Positions 37,880 to 48,247 of a stretch of DNA of 64,000 bases are shown in pieces. The stretch spans positions 25,052 to 89,051 of the forward strand of contig CAITUY010000085.1 in assembly GCA_903895695.1 (NCBI GenBank), in the 5' to 3' direction. The first letter of the stretch is position 1. Every line of letters begins with the position of its first letter. The position numbers and the translations under genes were made by a program. Under the pieces are notes generated by a model. That model searched no databases. It was not told where the DNA came from and was given only the letters and a program-made list of their open reading frames with translations. The DNA comes from an uncultured bacterium (GTDB taxonomy: Bacteria; Verrucomicrobiota; Kiritimatiellia; CAIKKV01; CAITUY01).

Positions 37880-40800
37880 CTAGGTCCGGCTCGGCGTCAA
37901 CCGCAGCGTCTTGATCTCGAACGGCCGGAAGTCCAGGCGCACCGCGCCGCGTTTCACCGCCGCGTGGCTGCCTTCGGTCTCCAGCATGTTCGTGACGGCC
38001 GCGGCTTTCACGGGGAACCCGATGGCCAGCGTGCAGGTTGTGGCCGTGTGCTTGGCCTCGTAGAGACGCACGATGATGTCGCCCGACTCGTCTTCGGCCG
38101 GCTTGACGGTCTCGACGATGACGTTGGGCGCATCCACACGGAAGAGCGATCTGGTGCCGGCGGCGCCGGCAGCCGTGAACGCGGCTACGTTCAGCTCATA
38201 GGCCTCGCGTACCAACCCGCTCTCGAAGAAGGTCCCGGTCCAGGCGTGGAAGGCGTAAGTGAATTCTTGCATCCCCTGGTCGGCGTGCATGTCGGGCGCC
38301 TGCGGCGCCCGCAGCAGCGTCAGGTTGATGCTCCCGCCGTCAACGTTCACGCCGTACTTGCAGTCGTTCAATACGGCCGCGCCGCAGTTCTCTTCAGTCA
38401 GGGCCGTCCACTTGTGGTTACACACCTCGAAGCGGTCGGCGTCGAACGGCCGCGACGCGTGGTTCGGGCGCCGGAGGTGTCCGAACTGGATATCGTGCAC
38501 GGCCTCGTTCGCGTGGATCGTCGTCGGGAAGTTCACCTTCAGGAGCTTGTGCTTTTCGTTCCAGTCGATCCGGGTCCGGAACTCCACGCGGCGGCTGCCG
38601 GCGGCCAGTCGGATTTCCTGTTCCAGCCGCGACTGGTGCAGGGTCCGCGTCACGCGGACGATCGCCACCAGCGGGCCGGCCGCCACCACGGTCACTTCGG
38701 CCTTGCCGGTCAGCGCGACCGGCGTTGCGGTGTAGGTCGAATCGATGTCCCATGCATCGAACCAGCGTGGCACGTCTTTGTACATCCGGAAACTATTCAT
38801 CGCCCCGGCGGCGAGTTCTCGGCCACTCTGCTTGTCGACCAGGCTCGCGATCTCGCCGTTGGCATTGAGCGTGAGGCGCAGGTGCTCGTTCTCCAGGCCC
38901 CCGATTGAGACCTTGAGGTCCGCGGGCATCGGTGCCGGCCTGGCGCTGGCCAGGGTGGTCCAGCCGCAGGAGGGGACCGTGGTGGCCACGTAAGCCGTCC
39001 CGCCGATCTTTTGTGCGGGCAGGGCCCGGCCATCCTGCGTCGCGCCGGACCAGCCCTTGGGCAGGGCCACGAGCGCCTGGCGGTCCCAGGACAGCGAGTT
39101 GAATACGGTCACGGCCGCGGCCTTGCGGGCCGTCAGTTTCGTGGCCGCGGCAACGGCCGTGGCCCGTGCAGTCGCGAGGATCCCGGCGTAGAGGGCCTCG
39201 GCCTCCTTGTACACGCGGGCGATCGACGAACCGGGAATGATGTCGTGGAACTGGTTGAGCAGCACGCCCTTCCAGGTCTCGTCAATCAGCGCGTACGGGT
39301 AGCGGAAGCCGGGACCGACCATGGCCGCCACGCTCCACATCTCGGCTTCGCGCAGGGCGAGTTCGCTCGTGCGGTTGCCGCGCTTGGTGCGCGCCTGGCT
39401 GGTGTAGGTGCCGCGGTGGGCCTGAAAGTACAGTTCGCCCACGTAGGTGGGCCACGTCTTCGTGCGCTTGAGTTCGGCGCGCAGGTACTCGACGGGTCCC
39501 CCCATTTCCGCCTTGGGCGTGCCTTCCAGGTCCTTTTGCCGGCGCAGGAACTCCAGATGCTCGCGGGTCGGTCCGCCGCCACCGTCGCCGTACCCGAACG
39601 GCACCATGCGGCCGTACAGGCCGTCCTTCTGGACGCGCTCGTTCCAGCGCTGCTGGAGGGAGGCCGGATTGGTGCGCGAATTGTAGTCGTTGTGCAGGTG
39701 GCTCAGCACGCGCGTGCCGTCGATGCCTTCCCACCAGAAGGTGTTGTACGGGAAGCGGTCGCCGCCATTGTAAGTCCAGAAGATCTTCTGCGTGGAGAAG
39801 TACTTGATGCCGCAGCCGGCCATGATCTGGGGCAGGGCGCCGGAATAGCCGAACACGTCGGGCAGCCACATGAGTTCGGATTCCACGCCCAGCTCCTCGC
39901 GGTAGAAGCGCTTGCCGTGGAGGAACTGGCGGATCAGGCTTTCGCCGCCGGTGATGTTGGTGTCGGCTTCGACCCACATGCCGCCCTCGGGCAGCCAGCG
40001 GCCCTGGCGAATCGCCGTCTTGATGCGCGCGTAGAGTTCCGGGTAGAGCCGCTGGGTCATCCGGTAGAGGTGCGGCTGGCTCTGCAGGTACTTGTACTCC
40101 GGGTAGCGCTCCATGAGCGCGAGCTGCGTGCCGAAGGTGCGCGCGCACTTGCGTTCGGTTTCGGCCAGCGGCCATAGCCACGCGACGTCGATGTGCGAGT
40201 GGCCGAAGCAGTACATCGTCGGCGTCGTGGGGCCGTTGCGGCAGTCCAGCACGTCCTTCAGCCGGCGGCGGGCGGCGCGCACGGAAGCCAACAACTCGGC
40301 GCGCGGCAATTCGAGATCGGCGATCGTCGTGAAGTCACGCAGGGCTGCGTCAATCTCGGCCAGGCGCAGGCTGTTGGCGTCGAGGGCGTCGCGGACCTCC
40401 AGGAGGGTGAGCAGGTCGATCCACGCCTGGTAGAGATCCTCCTGCCAGATGCCGAACGAGGTGGCGCCCAGCGTGTGCTGGCGGGCCGGCGTCTCCGGCA
40501 CCGTGGGGTGCCCGTCCGGGGCGGGGCCCCCGCCGCATGGCGTGGGGCCGTGGCCGGCGTAGAGTTCCATCAGGATCTCGAAACGGGCGCCAGGCTTGCC
40601 GCGGGCGGCCAATTCGATCGTGCCGTGTTCGCGGTCGCGTCCGCCGGCTTCCCGGCCGTTCACCAGGACCCGGCCTTCGCCGAAGAATCCGTGCGAATCG
40701 GCAGTGGCGAACACGATCGTTTCGCCGACCGCTTCGGCGGGCAGCTTCACGAAGCCGCGCAACCAGGCGTATTCCCACTTTGCGCCCCACGGGGTCCCGA

Positions 40801-40963
40801 CGGGCATGGACTTGAATGCGTGTTTCAGCGCCTGTTTGGGCGAGAGTTGGTCTTGGGTGACGAACCCGGCCAGGGGGACCTGGCCCAATTCGACGTAGAA
40901 CAGTTTTTCGAGGGTCCACTTCCAGTGGTCGATGCGTCCGCGCCATTCCGGTGTCAGTGACAT
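37880..40963 (-). CDS. GH38 alpha-mannosidase
   Basis: 1027 aa; GH38 N-domain (FGHSHIDVAWLW...WLPDVFGYSGALPQI), central and C-terminal beta-sandwich domains. Confidence 0.85.
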   Translation of the reverse strand: MSLTPEWRGRIDHWKWTLEKLFYVELGQVPLAGFVTQDQLSPKQALKHAFKSMPVGTPWGAKWEYAWLRGFVKLPAEAVGETIVFATADSHGFFGEGRVLVNGREAGGRDREHGTIELAARGKPGARFEILMELYAGHGPTPCGGGPAPDGHPTVPETPARQHTLGATSFGIWQEDLYQAWIDLLTLLEVRDALDANSLRLAEIDAALRDFTTIADLELPRAELLASVRAARRRLKDVLDCRNGPTTPTMYCFGHSHIDVAWLWPLAETERKCARTFGTQLALMERYPEYKYLQSQPHLYRMTQRLYPELYARIKTAIRQGRWLPEGGMWVEADTNITGGESLIRQFLHGKRFYREELGVESELMWLPDVFGYSGALPQIMAGCGIKYFSTQKIFWTYNGGDRFPYNTFWWEGIDGTRVLSHLHNDYNSRTNPASLQQRWNERVQKDGLYGRMVPFGYGDGGGGPTREHLEFLRRQKDLEGTPKAEMGGPVEYLRAELKRTKTWPTYVGELYFQAHRGTYTSQARTKRGNRTSELALREAEMWSVAAMVGPGFRYPYALIDETWKGVLLNQFHDIIPGSSIARVYKEAEALYAGILATARATAVAAATKLTARKAAAVTVFNSLSWDRQALVALPKGWSGATQDGRALPAQKIGGTAYVATTVPSCGWTTLASARPAPMPADLKVSIGGLENEHLRLTLNANGEIASLVDKQSGRELAAGAMNSFRMYKDVPRWFDAWDIDSTYTATPVALTGKAEVTVVAAGPLVAIVRVTRTLHQSRLEQEIRLAAGSRRVEFRTRIDWNEKHKLLKVNFPTTIHANEAVHDIQFGHLRRPNHASRPFDADRFEVCNHKWTALTEENCGAAVLNDCKYGVNVDGGSINLTLLRAPQAPDMHADQGMQEFTYAFHAWTGTFFESGLVREAYELNVAAFTAAGAAGTRSLFRVDAPNVIVETVKPAEDESGDIIVRLYEAKHTATTCTLAIGFPVKAAAVTNMLETEGSHAAVKRGAVRLDFRPFEIKTLRLTPSRT

Positions 40964-40964
40964 G

Positions 40965-43892
40965 TCAATGCTCCTTCTTCAATTCAATGCCCAGCGTGAC
41001 GAACCCGAATGCCGGGATCGTCGTTGCGATGGTGCGGCCCTTGCGCGTCACGGCCTGGCCCTTGACCGGGCGTTCCATCAGGTCCAGCGCTTCCGCGCCG
41101 ACAGGCGCGAAAGGCGCCGCCTTGTCGAAGATCACCTCTGCTTTGACGTCCGTGCCATTCGGGTTCACCAGGCGCACGACGAGCCTCTCGCCGTCCTCGG
41201 CCTTTTTCAGCCCGCACAACCCAATGGCGGCCGGCGTGACCGTGAGGTAGCGGGCCGTGGCCGGCAGGGCGCCCACGTGGACATCCGTGCCGACCGCGCG
41301 GAGGGCATGGTTGAGCGCGTCCCCGGCGCGGGTGGCCGCGGCCACGTCCAGGTCGCCGGCGAACGGCAAAAGGGCGAGATGCACCTCGTGCTGGCCGATC
41401 TCCGGCAGGATGTCGGGCTCGTAACTGCTGCGGATTAATGTCAGCCGTAACGTGCTGCCATCCAGCGAATGGCCATACTTGGAATCGTTGACCAGCAGGC
41501 AACCGGCCGAAGCGCCATTGGCCGCAATGCCGGTGACCTGCGCCCACTGGCGGGCGGGCACTTCCTCGCGGCCGTTCAATGCGCGCTCGATGGCGCCGAA
41601 CGGAATCTCGTAGCGGGCACGGGCCTCGCGGAGCGCGAGCGGCAACACGAACGCCAGGGCCGGCACGCCAGTCTCCTTGGTGCCGCGTTGAAACCACGTT
41701 CCGCGCAGGTGCACGTGCAGGCGCGGATCGCCGGCGCGCAACTCGTAGGTGAGCGTGAAGGTCGATTCGTGAACAACCTGGTCGACCTCGATGGCCACCT
41801 TGTGTGGTCCCTTGAGCGTGCGCCGCAGGGCCGTCGTCTTCATCGGCTCAGGGACGGCCCCGGCGTGGTCGATCAGCCAGGCGGTCATCCCGTGGGGCCG
41901 TTCGGTTTCGTATTCCAGGATCGGCGCCGGCCGGTCGGGCGTCACCAGTTCGACGCCCGTGCGGCGGTCGAGCAGCCGCCGGATGCCGCCGGTGACCGGA
42001 TCGAGCTCGACACGCACGAATTCGTTTTCCAGCCCTTCGACGCTGCGTTCGACGAACGCGTAGCCGCAGTGATGCACGGCGCCGGACTGCACGGCCGCCG
42101 GGCCGGCGGCGGGCGCGCCGGCGGCGCCGGCGGCCGTTTCGATTACCGTGTAAACGGCATGGCCCAGGCCGGGCACGCGCGCCGGGAAGGCGAGCGTCGC
42201 ATGGTCGTGGCCCCAGTAACCGCCGCCGCCGAGAACCTGGGCGGGAATGAGGGCGCCGTCAGGTGTGCGCACGTCGTAACTCCGGTCGCGCATGGGCTGA
42301 GTACCTGCCGGTCCGTTATCCCACACCGCGACCTCGACCACCTCGTCGCGATCGAAGGCGGTGGGGTTGAACAGGACGAACGGCCGCTGATCCTGGCCGG
42401 TGCTGACGTCGGCCCGCGACAGGCCGCCGTCCTGCGTGCCGTGGCCGACGCCGGCCCCGAGGCCCGAGCGCAGGCGCGACGGCGGCACGGCCGCCCTCGT
42501 CGCCGGCGGGGTCCCGGCCGACGTGTCGACCGCCGTGGCCAGGAGGCGCAGGGACTGGGTTTCGGCCTGGGCCGTGGCGGCCATGGTTTGCTGGAAGAGG
42601 CCGTGGGAGTAGGTGCGCGTGTCCATTACGCCCGAGCCGGGCAGGATGTCGTGGAAGTGATTGAAGAGTACGTTGCGCCAGCCGGTTTCAAACGCCTTGC
42701 CGGGATAGGGGGCGCCCACGGCGGCATGCGTGAGGGCGGCGGCGATCTCGGCGTCGACAAGCCGGTTCTCGCCGAACCGGTTGGCCTTCTTGATCAGCGT
42801 TTGCGTGGTATAGCAACCGGTGAACTCCACGTTCAACTCGCCGCGATGCACGGGCAGGCGCCCGCCTTGCGGCGCGACCGTATCGAAGAAGCGGCGTGTG
42901 GTGGAGAACTGGAAGCGGGGATAAATCGGCCACTGGCTCAGTTCCATGCCCATTTCCAAGTCGCGGCGCGTCGGGCCACCGCCGTGATCGCCCACACCGT
43001 AAACATACATTGTATCCTGGAGTCCGGTGGCCTTGAAGGTGGTGAAGGTCTCCCGGTAGAGATCGGCGGAAATCGCGCCGTTGTAGCCGCTCCGCGTGTT
43101 CGAATCATTGCGCACCAGCACGCGCGTGCCGTCCGGTCCTTCCCACCAGAACAGCCAGGGCCGCTCGGGCGTCCACGTGCCCGGGCGGTGCATGTAGAGG
43201 TATTTCACGCCGCCGCGGACCAGGTAGGTGGGAACGGTTGCGGGGTGCCCGAACGTGTCGGGCGACCAGTCGATCGTCACGTCTTCCGGCGCGAGCTTGA
43301 ACAGTTTTTGGAGATAGCGGCGTGTATAGAGGATGTGGCGGCAAAGGCTTTCGGCGCTCGCCAGGTTCTTGTCGCCCTCGACCCAGTGGCTCGCGGTCAC
43401 CTCCCAGCGGCCCTCTTTGACGCGGCGCGCAATGGTCTTCAGCAAGTCGGGCCGGTGTTCCTCGACCAACGCGTAGACGCTGGCCTGGCTCTGCGAAAAG
43501 CAGAAGTCGGGGTACAGTTCCATCAGGCGCAGCACGGTGGTGAACGTGTCCACGGTGACGGCCACGGTTTCGGGCCAGGACCACATCCAGTTCATGTCGA
43601 TGTGCGCGTGGCCCACGCCATGAATGGTGTAAGTCTTGGCCACGGGCCCGAGCGGGGCCAGGGTCGTCTCGACGGTTTCCACGGCGCGGCGCAACGCCGT
43701 GAGGTCGCCGCTTGCCAGGGCCTCGCTCGCCTGGCCTTCGGCTTTGGCGATCAGAGGCTGCCAGGCCGGGCTCTTCTCGGGGTGCAAGGCGCAGAGTTCG
43801 TTCGCGACTCCGATCTCGGCGGCGAGGCGTTCGGTCAGGTGACGGACGTGGGCCGCCGCCTGGTCGGCCGCTGCCATAAGCTTGCTTGTCAT
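40965..43892 (-). CDS. GH38 alpha-mannosidase (second, divergent paralog)
   Basis: HGVGHAHIDMNWMW...WSPDTFGHPATVPTYL...FNHFHDILPGSG; start at MTSKLMAAAD (43892). Confidence 0.85.
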   Translation of the reverse strand: MTSKLMAAADQAAAHVRHLTERLAAEIGVANELCALHPEKSPAWQPLIAKAEGQASEALASGDLTALRRAVETVETTLAPLGPVAKTYTIHGVGHAHIDMNWMWSWPETVAVTVDTFTTVLRLMELYPDFCFSQSQASVYALVEEHRPDLLKTIARRVKEGRWEVTASHWVEGDKNLASAESLCRHILYTRRYLQKLFKLAPEDVTIDWSPDTFGHPATVPTYLVRGGVKYLYMHRPGTWTPERPWLFWWEGPDGTRVLVRNDSNTRSGYNGAISADLYRETFTTFKATGLQDTMYVYGVGDHGGGPTRRDLEMGMELSQWPIYPRFQFSTTRRFFDTVAPQGGRLPVHRGELNVEFTGCYTTQTLIKKANRFGENRLVDAEIAAALTHAAVGAPYPGKAFETGWRNVLFNHFHDILPGSGVMDTRTYSHGLFQQTMAATAQAETQSLRLLATAVDTSAGTPPATRAAVPPSRLRSGLGAGVGHGTQDGGLSRADVSTGQDQRPFVLFNPTAFDRDEVVEVAVWDNGPAGTQPMRDRSYDVRTPDGALIPAQVLGGGGYWGHDHATLAFPARVPGLGHAVYTVIETAAGAAGAPAAGPAAVQSGAVHHCGYAFVERSVEGLENEFVRVELDPVTGGIRRLLDRRTGVELVTPDRPAPILEYETERPHGMTAWLIDHAGAVPEPMKTTALRRTLKGPHKVAIEVDQVVHESTFTLTYELRAGDPRLHVHLRGTWFQRGTKETGVPALAFVLPLALREARARYEIPFGAIERALNGREEVPARQWAQVTGIAANGASAGCLLVNDSKYGHSLDGSTLRLTLIRSSYEPDILPEIGQHEVHLALLPFAGDLDVAAATRAGDALNHALRAVGTDVHVGALPATARYLTVTPAAIGLCGLKKAEDGERLVVRLVNPNGTDVKAEVIFDKAAPFAPVGAEALDLMERPVKGQAVTRKGRTIATTIPAFGFVTLGIELKKEH

Positions 43893-44176
43893 GGTGCGTC
43901 GAGCTCCTCTATGGGCCCTGTCCGGAGGGCCTGACTTGGGGCTGAATTGGCCGCTGACAATGGAAGAAACGCAGGGGTCCGTCAAGTGAAGAGCACGGGG
44001 CCCCATTGGGGCGGAAACGGAGGGAGCGGCTCAAGAAGGAAGGCAATGAAACCGTGACGGATTGTCACGCTTTCAAACAGACTAAGGGTAATGGCAAGCT
44101 GCGCTGATCGTTTTTCAACTGTTTTCCGGCTGTCTTCCGGCTTGAGCGACAACGCTAACCGTGGTAAACGTCAATC

Positions 44177-44392
44177 GTGGTAAATACCGACAAATACAGC
44201 AGTAATGCCGCGACAACGGCCGACCTGATGGAAGGCGGCATCGCGTTGATGCGGCAGAACATTCGGCGGCGCAATCCGGTCGCGTCCGAGGCCCAAATCG
44301 ACGCCTTGCTGGTTGCCTGGCTGCACCGCACGGACGACCCCTTTCCCGGCGATACGGCCGGCCAAGTTCGCGTGCGCGAGTGGGTTCCATGA
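44177..44392 (+). CDS. Small protein of unknown function, translationally coupled (ATGA) to the downstream nucleotidyltransferase-fold gene
   Basis: 71-aa ORF; stop overlaps ATG 44389 of next gene. Confidence 0.4.
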   Translation: MVNTDKYSSNAATTADLMEGGIALMRQNIRRRNPVASEAQIDALLVAWLHRTDDPFPGDTAGQVRVREWVP

Positions 44393-44988
44393 ACCGTCTG
44401 GAGTCACTCTTGCGGCAGATTGCCGCTTTGTTCGGCGGACAAGATCCACGTTGGGCCTTGGTGGGCGGGCTGGCGGTTTCCGTGCGCACGGAACCGCGTT
44501 TTACGCGCGACCTGGATCTCGCCATGGCCGTGTCCGACGACCGAGAGGCAGAGGCCTTCATCCATCGGTTGCGTAACGCTGGGTTTCGTGTGCTGGCAAT
44601 AGTGGAACAAGAGGCGGCACATCGTCTGGCGACAGCGCGACTGGCGGTGCCCGAGGACGAACCCCAGGGGCTGATGCTCGACCTCTTGTTTGCCTCATCG
44701 GGAATCGAACAAGAAGTCTGTGCGAATGCGGAATTGATGCAGGTTTTTCCGGGACTTGTCGTGCCGGTTGCACGACTTCACCATCTCATCGTGCTCAAGA
44801 CCTTGGCTCGTGACGACCGTACCCGCCCACAAGACGCTGGCGATCTGCGTCAGTTGATCGCGGCGGCGGCTCCCACCGAGCTGGATGCGGCTCGTGACGC
44901 TGCCCGGCTCATTGAACAACGCGGTTTCAATCGATCGCGCGATTTGGTCGAGGCAGTGTCGAGAGCGTGGCAGGAATTTCGACCGTGA
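44389..44988 (+). CDS. Minimal-nucleotidyltransferase-fold protein (AbiEii/MNT-like)
   Basis: WALVGGLAVSVRTEPRFTRDLDLAM = hG[GS]-x(9-13)-DxD NTase signature. Confidence 0.55.
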   Translation: MNRLESLLRQIAALFGGQDPRWALVGGLAVSVRTEPRFTRDLDLAMAVSDDREAEAFIHRLRNAGFRVLAIVEQEAAHRLATARLAVPEDEPQGLMLDLLFASSGIEQEVCANAELMQVFPGLVVPVARLHHLIVLKTLARDDRTRPQDAGDLRQLIAAAAPTELDAARDAARLIEQRGFNRSRDLVEAVSRAWQEFRP

Positions 44989-45444
44989 TGTCACGCGCGT
45001 GTGGCAACAGAATAGTGACCGTTGCACCGTCTGCTTGACGGTCAGCGGCGTCGCTGGTGTTGCGTGCCCCATCCCTGTGCGGTACCTTCTTGCCATGTCG
45101 CGGCAGGGGGATGTCGCCGAATGGAACTGTCGATGAAACGCATTCTAGTCCTGGCGACCACCATCCTCCCTGGCCCTTGGCGTCTTTGCGCCGCCCCGCC
45201 CGCCATCACGTCGTTTGACAATTCACAGGAGAATCCACGGCATGGAGAACTGCGTTTGCCAACTGGCGGAAGCCATCACACGGATCCGCCTGACGCCTAT
45301 CATCCCTCGCCCGACACCTTACTATGCGTCATCAAACTGTCATAACTTGCGTATTGCCAATGCAACTCATGAGGTTCTTCACGGTCAGTGACGCACCGGC
45401 GGTTTGCCATGCTTGACGGCTAATACAAGGCTCAGGGAGATAGA

Positions 45445-46017
45445 ATGGAAAATGATGTCATCGCCGTAGACAAGAAGATCCGGGCGGAAGGCGATCGTCT
45501 CCTCAATGTTACCGGGCTGGGAGAACTGATTCGAGAATACGCCCCGTTCGCTGTGACCGGGAGTCACACGCTTGAACTGATGGTCTGGCGAGACTTGGAC
45601 ATTGCGATGAACGCCCCCGGAATCTCCATTGATGACTTCTTTGACCTCGGTAAACGCATCACGGCCCTTCTATCCCCCTGGAAGATGTTCTTCACGAACA
45701 ATCGCGACAACAACGGAGGACGATACCCTGTCGGGCTGTATTGGGGCACTCGTCTCGGCGACATCAAGAAGGGGGCATGGAAGCTGGACCTTTGGGCATT
45801 CAGCACTGAAGAGTTCAGGCAGAAGGTGGAGGAGTGCCAGAATCTGAAAGGACGTCTGAATGACGGGAACCGTCTGACAATCTTGACGATCAAGGCGCAG
45901 ATTTGGAACCATCCTAAGTACAGGGACACGATGACAAGCCAAGACATTTACGACGCGGTCCTGGACCACGGGGTTACTTCGCTTGAAGGGTTCTGGCAGT
46001 ACATGAAGTCAAAATGA
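45445..46017 (+). CDS. Nucleotidyltransferase-domain protein in a low-GC (~50%) patch
   Basis: FAVTGSHTLELMVWRDLDIAM (GS...DxD) NTase motif; codon usage and GC clearly atypical for the flanking DNA. Confidence 0.55.
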   Translation: MENDVIAVDKKIRAEGDRLLNVTGLGELIREYAPFAVTGSHTLELMVWRDLDIAMNAPGISIDDFFDLGKRITALLSPWKMFFTNNRDNNGGRYPVGLYWGTRLGDIKKGAWKLDLWAFSTEEFRQKVEECQNLKGRLNDGNRLTILTIKAQIWNHPKYRDTMTSQDIYDAVLDHGVTSLEGFWQYMKSK

Positions 46018-46271
46018 GGAGTCAACCAGCAAGTGCTCGGTACGGTTTCGCCGCCCGAGATTTGCGCCGTTGGGCACTGGAAAGGGCAGTGGGGCCGCAT
46101 CGCAACATCTAACAATTGCCAGTCCGGGCAGCCGACGATGAACAAGGCACAAACCAAACTCCAAATCCGCGACAGCACGGCCGAGTTCCTGATTCCCACC
46201 CGGCGGGCGGGCGAGGACGGGATCGAGGTGCGGGTGGAGCGGGAGACGGGCGGACAGAACGAGGCTAATCC

Positions 46272-47315
46272 ATGAGTGACGATCAATTGCCGAAGTCCGA
46301 GATCATCCTCTATCAGACCGAGGACGGGCGGACGCGGATCCAGTGCCGATTCGAGAACGATACGCTGTGGTTGACGCAGGCGCTCATCGCTGAGTTGTTC
46401 CAGATCGGCGTGAACACGGCCAATTACCACTTGAAGTCTATCTTTGCCGAGGAGGAGCTACAAAAGGAGGCAACTATTCGACGTTATCGAATAGTTCAAA
46501 CCGAGGGTTCTCGGCAAATTGCCCGCGAGGTTGAGCACTACAGCCTGCCCGCCATCCTTGCCGTGGGCTACCGTGTGCGGAGCCATCGCGGCACCCAGTT
46601 CCGGCAGTGGGCGACGGCGCGCTTGAGTGAGTACCTGGTGAAAGGTTTCACCATGGACGACGAGCGGCTCAAGAACCCGCCGGGCAAAGGTCAGAAGGAC
46701 TACTTCGACGAGCAACTGGAGCGCATTCGCGACATCCGTTCCTCGGAGCGGCGTTTCTATCAGAAGGTGCTCGATATTTACGCGACGAGCGTGGACTACA
46801 CGCCGGATACGGCTGTGTCGCAGCAGTTCTTCGCCACGGTGCAGAACAAGATGCATTGGGCAGCGCACGGTCACACGGCGGCGGAGGTGATTCATGAGCG
46901 CGTTGACGCCGGGAAGCCTTTCATGGGTCTGAAAACGACGCGCCCGGGTGGCATCGTGCGGCGGGAGGATGTGTCCATAGCCAAGAACTACCTCGACGCA
47001 ACGGAACTCGGGGTGTTGAACCGCATCGTGAACGCCTATATCGAATTCGCGGAGTTGCAGGCGCTCCGGCGCAAGGTCATGACCATGCGGGACTGGATCG
47101 AGAAGCTGGACGATTTCCTGAAATTGTCGGAGCACGAGTTGTTGAATCACGCAGGCAAGATAACCGCCGAATCCGGCAAGGCAAAAGCGGAACTGGAATA
47201 CGAGCGCTATCGGGCGCTCGTGGATGCGCAGCCGCGCCCGGTCGATGCGGATTTCGAGAAGGCGGCGAAGCAGTTGAAAACGGCTCACGCGGAGACGCGG
47301 AGAACGCGGAGGTAA
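46272..47315 (+). CDS. rhuM: RhuM-family (virulence-associated, KilA-N/ORF6N-like N-terminal domain) protein
   Basis: KSEIILYQTEDGRTRIQCRFENDTLWLTQALIAELFQ N-terminal signature and ~345-aa length typical of RhuM. Confidence 0.7.
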   Translation: MSDDQLPKSEIILYQTEDGRTRIQCRFENDTLWLTQALIAELFQIGVNTANYHLKSIFAEEELQKEATIRRYRIVQTEGSRQIAREVEHYSLPAILAVGYRVRSHRGTQFRQWATARLSEYLVKGFTMDDERLKNPPGKGQKDYFDEQLERIRDIRSSERRFYQKVLDIYATSVDYTPDTAVSQQFFATVQNKMHWAAHGHTAAEVIHERVDAGKPFMGLKTTRPGGIVRREDVSIAKNYLDATELGVLNRIVNAYIEFAELQALRRKVMTMRDWIEKLDDFLKLSEHELLNHAGKITAESGKAKAELEYERYRALVDAQPRPVDADFEKAAKQLKTAHAETRRTRR

Positions 47316-47362
47316 CCGAGACAGTTTGCCTTGCCCGCGAATAATATCCGAACGGAACTCCT

Positions 47363-48151
47363 ATGAACCCAACCGCAAACAGCCCCTGGCCCGCCGGTCA
47401 ACGGTGCGCCGTGTCATTGACCTACGACGACGCGGTGCCCGTGCACTACCAACACGTGGCGCCGCTCCTGTCGGCTAAAGGCCTGACGGGGACCTTCAAC
47501 CTGACGGGCCAGGCTAGCGTGACGGAGGCGATCGAGCAATGGCGGCACGTGGCGGAGGCCGGGCACGAACTCGGCAATCACACCCTGTTCCACCCTTGCC
47601 GGCGGGATCCGCCCGAGCGCTATGGCTGGCTGGAGCCGCATTACGACCTGTGCGCCTACACCATGCAGCGTCTGGCGGACGAACTGCGGGTCGCCAACGC
47701 CCTGCTGCGGCTGATTGACCGGCGCACGCGGCGGACGTTCGCCCACCCGTGCGGCCACGCCACGGTCGGCCCGGCCGGCCGCGAGATCAGTATCGACGAT
47801 CTCGTGCTGCGGCTGTTCGTCGCCGGGCGCGGCTCCAGCACCGGACGTCTCGTCGATCCCGCCTGCCCGAACTACGCGTCGCTCGGGTGTGTCGGCGGCG
47901 ACGGCAAGACGTTTGACAGCCTCCGCGAGTCGGTCGAGCAGGCCGTCGAATGCGGCGCCTGGTTGATCTTCATATTTCACGGCGTGGGCAAGGGGACGCA
48001 CGGCGGGTATGTCGAAACCGAAGCGCACGACGCGCTGGTGGACTACCTGGCGGCCAACGCCGACCGGTGCTGGGGCGCATCCATGGTTGAGGTGGCCCTC
48101 CACCTGCAGGCCCAGGCGCCCGCGAAGCGTCCGGACGGTCCGGCGACCTGA
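47363..48151 (+). CDS. Polysaccharide deacetylase (NodB-homology) family protein
   Basis: AVSLTYDDA...HELGNHTLFH...FHGVG motifs. Confidence 0.7.
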   Translation: MNPTANSPWPAGQRCAVSLTYDDAVPVHYQHVAPLLSAKGLTGTFNLTGQASVTEAIEQWRHVAEAGHELGNHTLFHPCRRDPPERYGWLEPHYDLCAYTMQRLADELRVANALLRLIDRRTRRTFAHPCGHATVGPAGREISIDDLVLRLFVAGRGSSTGRLVDPACPNYASLGCVGGDGKTFDSLRESVEQAVECGAWLIFIFHGVGKGTHGGYVETEAHDALVDYLAANADRCWGASMVEVALHLQAQAPAKRPDGPAT

Positions 48152-48247
48152 CCGCGGCCCGTTTTCCCATTGCGGCCCAGCGGCGGCATCTGACATAGTG
48201 CCACCGCACAGGGACCGACGTGTCGTCCCTCCTGCGAGGATACCGGT

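Noticed and set aside
37793-38908. Plus-strand ORFs (371 aa here; also 388 aa at 39011-40177 and 821 aa at 41469-43934)
   Set aside because: All lie antisense to the two GH38 mannosidase genes. Arg/Gly/Ala-rich, no motifs.
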